Assembly (NCBI GenBank): GCA_002689455.1
Contig: NZGE01000002.1
Location: 1 to 57,988, forward strand
Direction: 5' to 3'
Source: Magnetococcales bacterium
GTDB lineage: Bacteria; Pseudomonadota; Alphaproteobacteria; UBA2136
DNA length: 57,988 bases
Program-made: the position numbers and the translations under genes
Shown: positions 40,140 through 49,525 of the stretch, piece by piece
Position numbering within the stretch: position 1 is the first letter of the stretch
Layout: each line of letters starts with the position of its first letter
Notes under the pieces: model-generated
Databases searched by the model: none
What the model was told of the DNA's origin: nothing
What the model saw: only the letters and a program-made list of their open reading frames with translations

Positions 40140-40664
40140 TTATTTCTCAAATAAAACTAAATATTTTCCATAACCTTCTTTTTCAAGGTTTTCTTTTGGG
40201 ATAAAGTCCATGGCGGCAGAGTTGATGCAATAACGTAAACCACCTGTTTCTGCTGGGCCATCATTAAAAACATGCCCAAGGTGTGAATTACTTTTTTGTG
40301 ATTTAACTTCGGTGCGCACCATGCCATGACTAACATCGGTTTTTTCGGTTAAGAAATTTTCATCAATTGGGCGGGTGAAGCTTGGCCAGCCTGTGCCAGA
40401 ATCATATTTATCGGTTGAAGAAAAAAGCGGTTCACCAGAAATGATATCCACATAAATACCTTCTTCTTTATGATTCCAATATTCATTTTGAAAAGGTCTT
40501 TCTGTGCCACCTTGCTGGGTAACATATTCCTGCATAGATGTAAGTTTTTTACCTGATGTTGTCATAACCTCTGCCGTTGCCTCCTGTTTACTATAATTTA
40601 AATGAATTAAGGCTATGGTAGCAATAATGAATGTAATTGAAATAACTTTTTTAAACATAAGCAA
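40140..40664 (-). CDS. msrB: peptide-methionine (R)-S-oxide reductase MsrB, exported
   Basis: GTGWPSF and RYCINS catalytic motifs, with an N-terminal signal/TM segment. No CxxC zinc motifs. Confidence 0.9.
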   Translation of the reverse strand: MLMFKKVISITFIIATIALIHLNYSKQEATAEVMTTSGKKLTSMQEYVTQQGGTERPFQNEYWNHKEEGIYVDIISGEPLFSSTDKYDSGTGWPSFTRPIDENFLTEKTDVSHGMVRTEVKSQKSNSHLGHVFNDGPAETGGLRYCINSAAMDFIPKENLEKEGYGKYLVLFEK

Positions 40665-40805
40665 AACTTTCTAGTTTGATATAATTATATATTCGTTCCT
40701 ATTTTTATGAAAGTTACAATTTAAATTGAGTTTTTCTTATTTTGTTTGGCTTATTTATTGCATTCTATCTTTTTATTTGTTGCAGAAAAGTTGAAAGGAA
40801 TAGAA

Positions 40806-41312
40806 ATGAATGTTTCATTTAAAGTAAGCAACGGTACTCAGTTAAATGCGGGTTTAAAACCTCAAAGAATGGATGCAGATTTAATTCATAAATTAAAGTC
40901 TTCCATTGAAAAATTTACAACTGATATAAATGTGCCTAAAGAAACCAGTTTTGCAGAAGTGAAAGTTGGTGAGAATGTTATTGCTAAAATTAGTAATAGC
41001 GGTTTTGTGACAAGTAGTAATGAGATGGGATATAAAATAAGAGATATTTTGAATGATGGTGACTTACAAGGGCCTGAATTAGCAGCTCAACGTGCCGAGC
41101 AAATAGCAAAAGCCTTTGGTGGTAAAGTTGTTAAATCTTCGTCTGCCCAAACTCAATTACAATGGCAAAATCGCTCGCTGGTTTCAGACTCCGTAAAAAT
41201 AGAAACTTCCGAATTAACAGGCCAAATGTTTGTCGATCTTTACCAAGCGCTTCAAAGTTATAATGATACTTTAAATAATACTGTTGAACTGTCAGACGTA
41301 AATAGAAAATAG
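40806..41312 (+). CDS. hypothetical protein (168 aa)
   Basis: ATG at 40806 preceded by GAAAGGAA. No known motif. Confidence 0.45.
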   Translation: MNVSFKVSNGTQLNAGLKPQRMDADLIHKLKSSIEKFTTDINVPKETSFAEVKVGENVIAKISNSGFVTSSNEMGYKIRDILNDGDLQGPELAAQRAEQIAKAFGGKVVKSSSAQTQLQWQNRSLVSDSVKIETSELTGQMFVDLYQALQSYNDTLNNTVELSDVNRK

Positions 41313-41326
41313 CTTAATGAAAATAG

Positions 41327-41403
41327 TGGTAGGGCGGGAGGGACTTGAACCCCCGACCAAAGCATTATGAGTGCTCTGCTCTAACCGACTGAGCTACCGC
41401 CCC
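41327..41403 (-). tRNA. tRNA with CAU anticodon (elongator Met or lysidine-modified Ile2)
   Basis: 77-nt cloverleaf folded by hand: GGGGCGG acceptor, GCTC/GAGC D-stem, anticodon loop CTCATAA, GGGGG-TTCAAGT-CCCTC T-arm, encoded CCA. Positions 1:72 pair and the anticodon stem lacks 3 G-C pairs, so it is not an initiator. Confidence 0.9.
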
Positions 41404-41667
41404 ACGACTGAAAATATGTTTAGCATATAATATTCATTCTTTCTATGTCTTTTTGAATAAAAATTACCTTTTAGATTTAAATTTTGTTTGTGAGGTTTGC
41501 TTTTAATAAGTTTTTATAATTTAAAACCGTGGCAAGAATGACAGCCTTGTTTTGTGTTTATAATGTCGTTTTGAGCGTGTAGTAACAGATTTACGTGACC
41601 GTGTTGCGCAAATTTGGCATGATATAAGGTGCAAAAATTTATAAAATAACTTATAGGGAATAGGGAA

Positions 41668-43071
41668 ATGCCAGAAGAGTTTCGCACTGAATATGACACC
41701 ATGGGTACAGTTGAAGTGCCAGCAAATAAATATTGGGGTGCACAAACACAAAGATCACTTCACAACTTTGAAATTGGCTCTGAAACAATGCCGTTTGAGC
41801 TGATTAAGGCTTTCGCTATTCTTAAAAAAGCAGCTGCAACTGTAAACGGTGATTTAGGCTTAATTGATCGTGATGTTGCCAACAACATTTTAAAAGCAGC
41901 GGATGAAATTATTACAGGTAAATTAAAAGACCAGTTCCCACTTGTGGTTTGGCAAACAGGTTCTGGTACGCAAACCAACATGAATGTGAATGAAGTTATT
42001 GCCAACCGTGCAATTGAGCAAATGGGCGGTGTACTTGGTTCTAAAACACCTGTTCACCCAAATGACCATGTAAACTATGGTCAGTCTTCAAACGACACGT
42101 TCCCAACAGCAATGTACATTGCGGCCCTTGAATCGGTTGAAGGTAAAGTTTTACCAGCTCTTGAGAAGATTTTGGCGGCTTTAGAAGCGAAGTCCGAAGC
42201 TTATAAATATGTGATTAAAATTGGCCGTACACACTTGCAAGATGCAACCCCGTTAACACTCGGACAGGAATTTTCAGGTTATGCAGCGCAAATGGCTCAT
42301 GGTTTAAAACGTGTGCGTCAATCGGCTGAATGTTTGCGCGAACTTGCCATTGGCGGTACGGCTGTGGGTACAGGTCTAAATACGCACCCAGAGTTTGGCG
42401 CTCGTGTTGTGACAGAGATTTCTAGGCTTACAAACCGCCAGTTTAAGCAAGCTGATAATTTATTTGAGGGCTTAGCAGCACATGACGCTTTGGTTTCTGT
42501 AAGCGGTGCGCTTAAAACTGTTGCAGTTTCATTGATGAAAATTGCCAATGACATTCGTTTGCTGGCATCGGGCCCACGTTGTGGCTTGGGTGAACTTATT
42601 TTACCATCAAACGAGCCAGGCAGTTCCATTATGCCTGGTAAGGTAAACCCAACACAGTGCGAAGCAATGACAATGGTTTGCGCCCAAGTTATGGGGAATG
42701 ACACAGCCATTATGGTGGGCGGCATGAACGGCCACATGGAACTGAATGTGTTTAAACCTGTGATGATTTATAACTTCCTTCAAAGTTGTCAAATTTTAAG
42801 TGATGCTTGCCATAGCTTTACAGACAAATGTGTGGTTGGTATTGAACCGAATTACGAACGTATTGAGCGCAATTTAAATGAATCATTGATGCTTGTTACA
42901 GCGTTAAACCCACATATTGGCTACGATAAGTCTGCAAAGGTTGCTAAAAAGGCTTATGAAGAAGGTATTACGCTGAAAGAAGCGGCTGTTGGTTTAGAGT
43001 TTTTAACAGCTGATGAGTTCGATAGCTTTGTAAGGCCAGAGGAAATGACAGGCCCTAAAGCGAATAACTAA
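41668..43071 (+). CDS. fumC: class II fumarate hydratase
   Basis: [11 protein letters not shown] signature. Full-length aspartase/fumarase fold. Confidence 0.95.
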   Translation: MPEEFRTEYDTMGTVEVPANKYWGAQTQRSLHNFEIGSETMPFELIKAFAILKKAAATVNGDLGLIDRDVANNILKAADEIITGKLKDQFPLVVWQTGSGTQTNMNVNEVIANRAIEQMGGVLGSKTPVHPNDHVNYGQSSNDTFPTAMYIAALESVEGKVLPALEKILAALEAKSEAYKYVIKIGRTHLQDATPLTLGQEFSGYAAQMAHGLKRVRQSAECLRELAIGGTAVGTGLNTHPEFGARVVTEISRLTNRQFKQADNLFEGLAAHDALVSVSGALKTVAVSLMKIANDIRLLASGPRCGLGELILPSNEPGSSIMPGKVNPTQCEAMTMVCAQVMGNDTAIMVGGMNGHMELNVFKPVMIYNFLQSCQILSDACHSFTDKCVVGIEPNYERIERNLNESLMLVTALNPHIGYDKSAKVAKKAYEEGITLKEAAVGLEFLTADEFDSFVRPEEMTGPKANN

Positions 43072-43089
43072 TAAAAAGGAACATAAGAA

Positions 43090-44163
43090 ATGCGAGGTAT
43101 TCAGGTTACTTTTGCCTTCATTGTAGCGTTACTTGTTATGTCAGGTGTCTTTTATGGTGTGTGGTACTATTCGAACAGTCAAGTTGTGCGTGAGTTGCCA
43201 GATATTCTGTCTGAAACAGTGCCAGGTAAAGTGAAATACGCACGTATTGAAAGTATATTTCATCCGTTCCAAGCAAAACTAAAATTAATCGATACATCGA
43301 TTTCTATGCTTGACCCCAAAACAGGGGCTTCTGTTGTTATTGATTTAGGTGATATTACCCTAATGACGAAACCATATGATTATCGAAAAATTGAAGTTGT
43401 ATTGCCAGAGGAAATTAAAACAGTAACCACCTTCCAAGGGCGAAGCAATGAGTACCGAACCAGTTTAATTGACCCAGTTTTAGAATGGAACAAGGTGGAG
43501 CAAGGTTTTGATATTGCTTTTTCAGTGAGTGGTATTTTATTAAAAGGTCGTCAAAATGGATTTTTTGCGAACTTGGTTAAAATTGGTTACACATATGTTG
43601 CTTACGGAGCCGATCTTGGGCAGTGGTCGACGGTTGTTAATAATATAGATTTAAACCGTATTCCGCCATTTTATCGCTGGCCTGTACTTTCATCTCTTTC
43701 GTTAACATTCCAAACAAAGGGTACGCAAGATCTTCCAATGGGATATTTTTTAGCTGCAGCAGGCGCTCAAGATAAAATTTCTTTCGATACCATGCTTATG
43801 CATTATTTTAAAGGAATGTCAGAGTATAGTGAGTTAGATATTTTAGAGTCCCGTTTAATGGTTGATGATTTTTGGTTGTCTTACTTAGGACCATTGAATG
43901 TGAACCGTGATCTTTATTTAAAATTAAATGGTTCACTTTCTTCAAATAAATTTGCTGATATGATGGGCGGTATTAAAAAAGTAATGGGTGGTTTCCCTCT
44001 TGCGCTTGAACGCATGCTTGAACGTATTGGTATGGACGAAAACAAAACGCAAACCATTTCACTTTCAACCAGTGAAAGGATTTTGAATATCAATGGTGCG
44101 CCTGTTGGTAAAATGCCATCATTGCCAGAGCAGTTTAATTTGCATGGGCGAGGAGAACGTTAG
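43090..44163 (+). CDS. hypothetical membrane-anchored protein (357 aa)
   Basis: Single N-terminal TM helix, large extracytoplasmic domain. No motif recognised. Confidence 0.5.
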   Translation: MRGIQVTFAFIVALLVMSGVFYGVWYYSNSQVVRELPDILSETVPGKVKYARIESIFHPFQAKLKLIDTSISMLDPKTGASVVIDLGDITLMTKPYDYRKIEVVLPEEIKTVTTFQGRSNEYRTSLIDPVLEWNKVEQGFDIAFSVSGILLKGRQNGFFANLVKIGYTYVAYGADLGQWSTVVNNIDLNRIPPFYRWPVLSSLSLTFQTKGTQDLPMGYFLAAAGAQDKISFDTMLMHYFKGMSEYSELDILESRLMVDDFWLSYLGPLNVNRDLYLKLNGSLSSNKFADMMGGIKKVMGGFPLALERMLERIGMDENKTQTISLSTSERILNINGAPVGKMPSLPEQFNLHGRGER

Positions 44164-44753
44164 TGCATAAACCTGTTTGGAAACCTTCCCCAAACCGTGC
44201 CCATCGCGAACAGGCGATTAAATATATTATTTTACATGGCACTTGGATGGAAAGCACCGAAGATGCTTTAGAACGTTTGTGTGATGAAAAAGCTGAAGTG
44301 AGCTGCCATTACTTGATTGATGAAAGGGGTGAACTTTTTCAATTGGTGAAGGACTCTGAAGTGGCTTGGCACGCAGGTATAAGTGCATGGGGGGAAGATG
44401 TAAGCTTAAATCAAACCAGTTTAGGTATTGAACTTTCTCATGACGGTGACTTTACAAAACCCTACACCGAAAAACAATACAAGACACTTGTAAGCTTACT
44501 TGAGATTTTACTGGATGCACATAACCTTCAGCCAACGGCTGTATTGGCACATAGTGATATTGCCCCTGACCGTAAAAATGACCCAGGTCCACAATTTGAG
44601 TGGCAAAAACTTTACGATAAAGGGGTTGCAAGCCCTTTATGTGGAGAAATGAACCCGACGATTGATACGTTAAAGAAAGTGGGTTATGTGGGGTCGGACG
44701 AAGATATCTTAACAGCGCACCATCTAAGGCAGGGTGGTTTATATCAGCCATAA
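44163..44753 (+). CDS. N-acetylmuramoyl-L-alanine amidase (AmpD/amidase_2 family)
   Basis: HYLIDERGE..QLV....AWHAG.S.W and LGIEL motifs of the amidase_2 family. The GTG start overlaps the upstream stop (TAGTG). Confidence 0.8.
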   Translation: MHKPVWKPSPNRAHREQAIKYIILHGTWMESTEDALERLCDEKAEVSCHYLIDERGELFQLVKDSEVAWHAGISAWGEDVSLNQTSLGIELSHDGDFTKPYTEKQYKTLVSLLEILLDAHNLQPTAVLAHSDIAPDRKNDPGPQFEWQKLYDKGVASPLCGEMNPTIDTLKKVGYVGSDEDILTAHHLRQGGLYQP

Positions 44754-44757
44754 ATAA

Positions 44758-45300
44758 AGCAGTGGACTTGTAAGCCGGGTTCTGTACGCTTGTTACCAAG
44801 GTGACTATCATTCATCTAGGCTTATTGTTACCAATAAGCTCAAGCACGCTACCCGTTCTCTCTCATGCAGGCCACACTTACTTCTAAAAGAAGGTGGAGA
44901 ACCTATTTGCGCTTGCACCAAATGGGGTTTACCATACCCAATACTGTTACCAGATTGGTGGTGCGCTTTTACCGCACCGTTTCACCGTTACCTTTCAAAT
45001 GTCTCGTAAAAGTCATCTGCATGGCATTTTTTAAAAATCTTAGCTTTCGCGAGGCGCACGTATTATTTATACGTTTACGTTTCCACGGTATGCGCTTTTT
45101 CAAAACCTGCACATGCAACACAAGGCTTATAACCTTTACGAGACATTTGAACTAAAACTTAAAAAGTTTAAGGCAGTCTACTCTCTGTTGCACTTTCCGT
45201 CGGCTTTCGCCGCCTGGACGTTATCCAGCATTTTGGCCTGAGGTGCCCGGACTTTCCTCTCGTTTTATAAATAAAACCAGCGATAATCCCGCCCACTGCT
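44758..45300 (-). ncRNA. rnpB: RNase P RNA (bacterial type A) with an enlarged P12 region
   Basis: The minus strand carries GAGGAAAGUCCGGGC (45245-45259), AGUGCAACAGAGAG (45181-45194), GGUAACGGUGAAACGGUGCGGUAAAAGCGCACC, CCUAGAUGAAUGA (44808-44820) and ACAGAACCCGGCUUA (44771-44785). P1 pairs AGCAGUGG with CCACUGCU at the two ends. Confidence 0.85.
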
Positions 45301-45432
45301 ATGGGGGTTATAACAAATTTTTATTAAAAAACCACTTTAAAACTTGAAAAGTCACTTAAATTTATCCATGCTTATAACAAATGAACTTTCATTCCCTTTT
45401 GCTTGAGGCTTTCTGCCTCATAAGGAAAATCT

Positions 45433-46263
45433 ATGAAAAATGTTAATTATGAAATTGCAGATGCCTGCATTGAAATGGCATTTAACCCTGAAATTCTAGC
45501 AGATAAAGGTTTTGATGAGCATGAAGTTATTCGGACCTTTAACGGTATCATTAAGGATATTGAAAAGCTTTTCGGCATGAGCTGTAAAGTCACCAGACAT
45601 GACCGAACCTTTAAAGGTGAGCGTATTTTTACAATGGACTTTAAAGTTTTGTATGAAGATGGTATCCCTGGTGCAGACAAAGAGCTTGGCTGTCAAATGT
45701 TCCTTGAACTATTGGCAGAGTTTGAAGTCGCTGTCAGGGAAGAAGAGGACTCTTTATTATACGAAGGTGTTCGCTTTGAAGTTAAGGTAGCCGATTATCA
45801 CCTTGCCAGCTACAAGCGTATGTATGAGCAAATGTGTATCCCTTTTAAAGAAAGTGATGGTGAATCACAGTTTGCAGGCGACGCGATGCTTGTCATTTGG
45901 TTGAATGTGGATAAGGCAATTGAGTTATACAAGCAAGAAGGTGCAATGAACTGTGTGAATAATTTGAACCAAATGATTCGCAATGAAATTCACGGTAGTC
46001 AGCCTTATGCCAATGTGTTTAGTGACCCTTTAGATGAAGGAGAGCATATTTGGGGTTTACGCCTTCGGTTTGCAAAATTTAAGGCAGAAGACGGCGGTAA
46101 AAACCAACAGAACATGCTGGTTCGTTTGAAAGAGTTCTATGAGGAGTTGAACCGCTATATGGATCCTCTGTCGAACCTTGGTCAGGTGGAAATTTACTTT
46201 AATGGCATGAACGAACAATTTTTTAACAGTGTTCATTTTCAAACATCAAATGCAGCGCATTAA
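45433..46263 (+). CDS. hypothetical protein (276 aa)
   Basis: AAGGAAA SD, followed by a terminator. No known motif. Confidence 0.5.
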   Translation: MKNVNYEIADACIEMAFNPEILADKGFDEHEVIRTFNGIIKDIEKLFGMSCKVTRHDRTFKGERIFTMDFKVLYEDGIPGADKELGCQMFLELLAEFEVAVREEEDSLLYEGVRFEVKVADYHLASYKRMYEQMCIPFKESDGESQFAGDAMLVIWLNVDKAIELYKQEGAMNCVNNLNQMIRNEIHGSQPYANVFSDPLDEGEHIWGLRLRFAKFKAEDGGKNQQNMLVRLKEFYEELNRYMDPLSNLGQVEIYFNGMNEQFFNSVHFQTSNAAH

Positions 46264-46277
46264 TTTCTGTTCTAACG

Positions 46278-46308
46278 AAAAAAAGCCCTCTAATGAGGGC
46301 TTTTTTTA
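46278..46308. terminator. bidirectional rho-independent terminator
   Basis: agccctc-taat-gagggct flanked by an A-run and a T-run, between convergent genes. Confidence 0.7.
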
Positions 46309-46318
46309 TAAGTATATT

Positions 46319-47602
46319 TTATTCGCTAACAATTTTTACACTGACCTTTTGTTTTTGCTGGTCGGTTCCATATTGCATGACTACAGATGGGAATTCAGTG
46401 CTAATGCTATTGAACTTAGATGTTTCCCCGCGCAATTGCCCGCACGCTGCCAGAATGTCGCTGCCACGGCTTCGGCGTACGTTAACATCAATCCCTGCTT
46501 TTGAAATGGTGTTTTTAAAAGCTTCAATGGTTTTTGCGTCACTGCGCTTGAAGGGGCTGCCTGGCCATTCGTTAAATGGAATGATGTTTACAAATGAAGG
46601 AATGCCTTCAATGAGTTTCAGTAACATTTTGGCGTGTTTAATGCTGTCGTTTGTATCTTTCAGCATCACATATTCCCATGTAATACGTCGACGTTGTTTA
46701 AGGGGGAAGGCACGCAGTGCTGCCATCAGTTCGTTAATGTCCCATTTTTTATTAATAGGCATAATTTTTGTTCGCGTTTCGTTGTCGGGTGCGTGAATGG
46801 AAATGGCTAAGTTTACACCAAGGTTTTGCGCAATTTTTCCAATATTAGGCACCATACCACTGGTGGAAATTGTAATTTTGCGGCTGCCATACCCAAAGGT
46901 GGATTTGTCCATCAGGGTGTCGTTTGCTTTTTCAACATTATCCCAGTTAAATAAAGGTTCGCCCATGCCCATGAACACAATGTTACTAATAATACGGGCA
47001 CGTTCTAATCCTTCTTCTTTTTCAGGGCGTTTTTCAAGCATTTCAACCATCCAAGGGTCGTCAAACCCTGTGTTTTCTACATGCTGTTTTAAATCGAATG
47101 GTTGGTCACTCCATTGCCCAAGGCGCAAAGCTGCCATCCATACTTGTCCTACAATTTCGTCGTGTGTTAAGTTGCGGGCAAGGCCTTGAGTACCTGTATG
47201 GCAAAAACGGCAGTTTAGCGTGCAACCTACCTGTGAAGAAACACACAACGTGCCACGGCCAGGTTCTGGAATGAAAACAGTTTCAATGTCATGACCGTCA
47301 TGCAGCCTAAAAAGCCATTTAACGGTACCGTCTTTCGCAATTTGTTCGGTGACCATAGTAAGAGGTTCAAAACGCAGGTTTTTTTGAAGGTTTTCGGCAT
47401 CTTTTTTAGAGATGTTTTTCATTTCATCAGGGTTGATAATGCCTTTGTTATAAATCCATCCTAAAAGTTGCCCAGCACGAAATGCAGGGATACCCATTTC
47501 CTTCAGCTCGGACTTTAGCTCAGTTTCTGTAAATCCAAGAATGTGTTTGTTTTGTGTCGTTTTCATAATGTGGAATGTAGGGGTGAATGTTTTGTTTTGC
47601 AA
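46319..47602 (-). CDS. rlmN: 23S rRNA/tRNA (adenine-C2)-methyltransferase RlmN (radical SAM)
   Basis: CTLNCRFC radical-SAM cluster motif and a C-terminal ...DILAACGQL motif. Start uncertain: TTG at 47602 or ATG at 47566. Confidence 0.9.
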   Translation of the reverse strand: MQNKTFTPTFHIMKTTQNKHILGFTETELKSELKEMGIPAFRAGQLLGWIYNKGIINPDEMKNISKKDAENLQKNLRFEPLTMVTEQIAKDGTVKWLFRLHDGHDIETVFIPEPGRGTLCVSSQVGCTLNCRFCHTGTQGLARNLTHDEIVGQVWMAALRLGQWSDQPFDLKQHVENTGFDDPWMVEMLEKRPEKEEGLERARIISNIVFMGMGEPLFNWDNVEKANDTLMDKSTFGYGSRKITISTSGMVPNIGKIAQNLGVNLAISIHAPDNETRTKIMPINKKWDINELMAALRAFPLKQRRRITWEYVMLKDTNDSIKHAKMLLKLIEGIPSFVNIIPFNEWPGSPFKRSDAKTIEAFKNTISKAGIDVNVRRSRGSDILAACGQLRGETSKFNSISTEFPSVVMQYGTDQQKQKVSVKIVSE

Positions 47603-47752
47603 GCGTTAACTATGCATAAAACAAAGAAATTGAAAAAAATTTTGACCTTATATTTTATTAGGTATACAATTTAACTGTTGTTTGAATCATTTTCAGTGTA
47701 TGAAAATGTTACCTTTTAAAATTCTTTCCTGTTCTTGGGAAGGAGGTTTTCT

Positions 47753-48100
47753 ATGAAACTTATAATATTTGCCTTTTTGTCATTCTTTATGTTTGCTGCT
47801 TATGCAAATGCAAATTCAGGATTACAAAACCCATATACACAATCATGTAAAATAAAAGAAGACGCTGCTGACCACAAGTTCTTGTTGGTTATTTTAAAAA
47901 GCGGTCCTTCTTCGGTGGATTACGCCATTATATATAAATTGGTTCGCCGGCATGCATCTGGCTATTTTTCGAACAGTGATATGGTTATTTATGTGCGACC
48001 AAATACACTGTTTGTGCAGTATAAAAATGGTGAAAGTTATGGTGTTGACCGCCGTTTAGGTTCATGCCTTGTCGAAAAGCAAAAAGCTCCCATGGTTTAG
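47753..48100 (+). CDS. small exported hypothetical protein (115 aa)
   Basis: GGAAGGAGG SD, signal peptide MKLIIFAFLSFFMFAAYANA. A terminator overlaps the stop codon. Confidence 0.5.
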   Translation: MKLIIFAFLSFFMFAAYANANSGLQNPYTQSCKIKEDAADHKFLLVILKSGPSSVDYAIIYKLVRRHASGYFSNSDMVIYVRPNTLFVQYKNGESYGVDRRLGSCLVEKQKAPMV

Positions 48101-48112
48101 GGGGCTTTTTTA
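48084..48112 (+). terminator. rho-independent terminator
   Basis: agctccc(48085-48091) pairs with gggggct(48100-48106), followed by a T-run. Confidence 0.6.
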
Positions 48113-48182
48113 TTGCTTGACCGTTTGTTATGAATTATCTAGTTTGTGAGAAAGTTTAATTCAATCATAAGGTGTTTCGTTC

Positions 48183-49190
48183 ATGAAATTAGCAATTATT
48201 GGTGCAACAGGTAACGTGGGTCGTGAGATTATTCGTCTATTAGAGGCTTCTGCGTTTGCTGAATTTCATAATACACCTGTTTTAATTGCCTCTAGTGTGA
48301 GTGAAGGTGAAGAAATTCCTTTTGGGGACGGCACTGTTGAAGTTCAAACTTTTGATAAAGCGAATTTAAAAGATGTTGAAGTTGCAATTTTTGCAACGCC
48401 TAAAGAAGTAAGCTTACGTTACACACCTGAACTGCTTGAAAAGAAAATTAAGGTCATTGACCTTTCTTCTGCTTATAGAAGTGATGAAGGTGTTCCAATG
48501 GTTGTGCATTTTGTAAATGGACAGGGTGTCGACGTTGATGCTGAACATGTTTCAATTGCAGATGTTGCAACGGTTCAGTTGGCAACAGTATTAAAGCCAG
48601 TTGTTGAAAAGTGCGGTTTAAAGCGTGTGATGAGCACTGTTTTATACCCAACAAGCCATGCGGGTAAAATGGCTATGGATGAACTGTTCCGCCAAAGTGC
48701 TGCTTTGTTAGGTGGCGCAGGTATGGACATTGAAGAAGGTGATGAATTTGCACATCAAGTGGCTTTCAACATTTTACCACAAGTGGGTGATTTTAATGGT
48801 GCAAATACCGATGCGGAGATGGGGCTGTTATTAGAATTAAACCGTGTGCTTGAAAAGCCTGTTCCTGTTTTATCAACAGCGGCATATGTGCCAACATTTA
48901 TTGGTGTAAGCCAGTGCGTTACACTGGACCTTGAAAGTGTGATGACAGCGGCTGAATTTAAGTCTCTTATCAAAGATACACACGGCGTGAACTTACTTGA
49001 TAGCCCTGAAAAAGAAGAATACACAACACCGTATGGCACGGCAGAAACATCGGGCATTTTCGTTTCTCGTGTGCGTGATCAAGCTTTATGCCCTGGCACA
49101 ATTCAGTTCTTTATGACATGCGATAACTTGCGTGCTGGTGCAGCTTCAGAAGTTCTTCACCGCTTGGAATTTATGCTGAATAAGAAGTAG
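48183..49190 (+). CDS. aspartate-semialdehyde dehydrogenase family protein, USG-1-like, lacking catalytic Cys/His
   Basis: N-terminal IIGATGNVGRE Rossmann motif and overall Asd layout. The Asd N-P-N-C-S-T position reads SIADVAT, and R-V-P-V..G-H-S reads YVPTFIGVS. Confidence 0.7.
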   Translation: MKLAIIGATGNVGREIIRLLEASAFAEFHNTPVLIASSVSEGEEIPFGDGTVEVQTFDKANLKDVEVAIFATPKEVSLRYTPELLEKKIKVIDLSSAYRSDEGVPMVVHFVNGQGVDVDAEHVSIADVATVQLATVLKPVVEKCGLKRVMSTVLYPTSHAGKMAMDELFRQSAALLGGAGMDIEEGDEFAHQVAFNILPQVGDFNGANTDAEMGLLLELNRVLEKPVPVLSTAAYVPTFIGVSQCVTLDLESVMTAAEFKSLIKDTHGVNLLDSPEKEEYTTPYGTAETSGIFVSRVRDQALCPGTIQFFMTCDNLRAGAASEVLHRLEFMLNKK

Positions 49191-49206
49191 TAGACTTTTT
49201 GGTTCG

Positions 49207-49485
49207 TTAGTTTACGTAACGGCGGAGTAGGTTTACGTAAGGTTCGGTTGGGCAATTATGCATTCTATAGCTGTTTGCCCACAAGTTGGCTTTAATCATG
49301 TGCTTGTTGTCTTTAATGCGGTCAATGTCTAAAACTTTTTTCAAGTTATTTTCCATTTTGGCAATCATCAAGCCGCAAGCTTCTTCTTGTTTTTGGTATA
49401 GTGTTTGTGCTTTAGCTTGGCTAAAGGCAAGTGTAAACAAACATATAAGGACAAAAACTGTCAAAACCTTAAGCGGGTTAGGCAT
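49207..49485 (-). CDS. small exported protein (92 aa) with a conserved Cys pair
   Basis: Signal peptide. C..(~47 aa)..C pattern shared with the adjacent ORF 49526..49912. Confidence 0.5.
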   Translation of the reverse strand: MPNPLKVLTVFVLICLFTLAFSQAKAQTLYQKQEEACGLMIAKMENNLKKVLDIDRIKDNKHMIKANLWANSYRMHNCPTEPYVNLLRRYVN

Positions 49486-49525
49486 TTCATTACTTTCTTT
49501 TATAAATAGCTATTTATGAGCTGTA

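Noticed and set aside
38175-41403. Possible tRNA-associated genomic island (hypothetical genes next to tRNA-CAU)
   Set aside because: I could find no integrase, recombinase or direct repeat of the tRNA 3-prime end by eye. msrB/trx are ordinary chromosomal genes. The evidence is insufficient to call a mobile element.
41514-41751. Two overlapping minus-strand ORFs (62 aa, 76 aa) upstream of or overlapping the fumC start
   Set aside because: They have no SD and a Cys/His/Phe-rich shadow-like translation. They overlap the fumC 5-prime end and the likely promoter region.
44865-45155. 96-aa plus-strand ORF
   Set aside because: It lies entirely inside the minus-strand RNase P RNA gene, mostly within its P12 insertion. 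It has no SD and an odd composition, so it is an artefact of the structured RNA.
45404-45420. Hairpin tgaggc-tttct-gcctca just upstream of the SD of the 276-aa ORF as a translational control element
   Set aside because: The stem ends before the AAGGAAA SD and does not sequester it. A short 6-bp stem with no supporting features is likely to be a chance occurrence.
46293-47189. Two plus-strand ORFs (167 aa and 130 aa)
   Set aside because: They are antisense to the well-supported rlmN coding sequence. They have Ser/Arg/Cys/Phe-rich composition typical of shadow frames and no SD.
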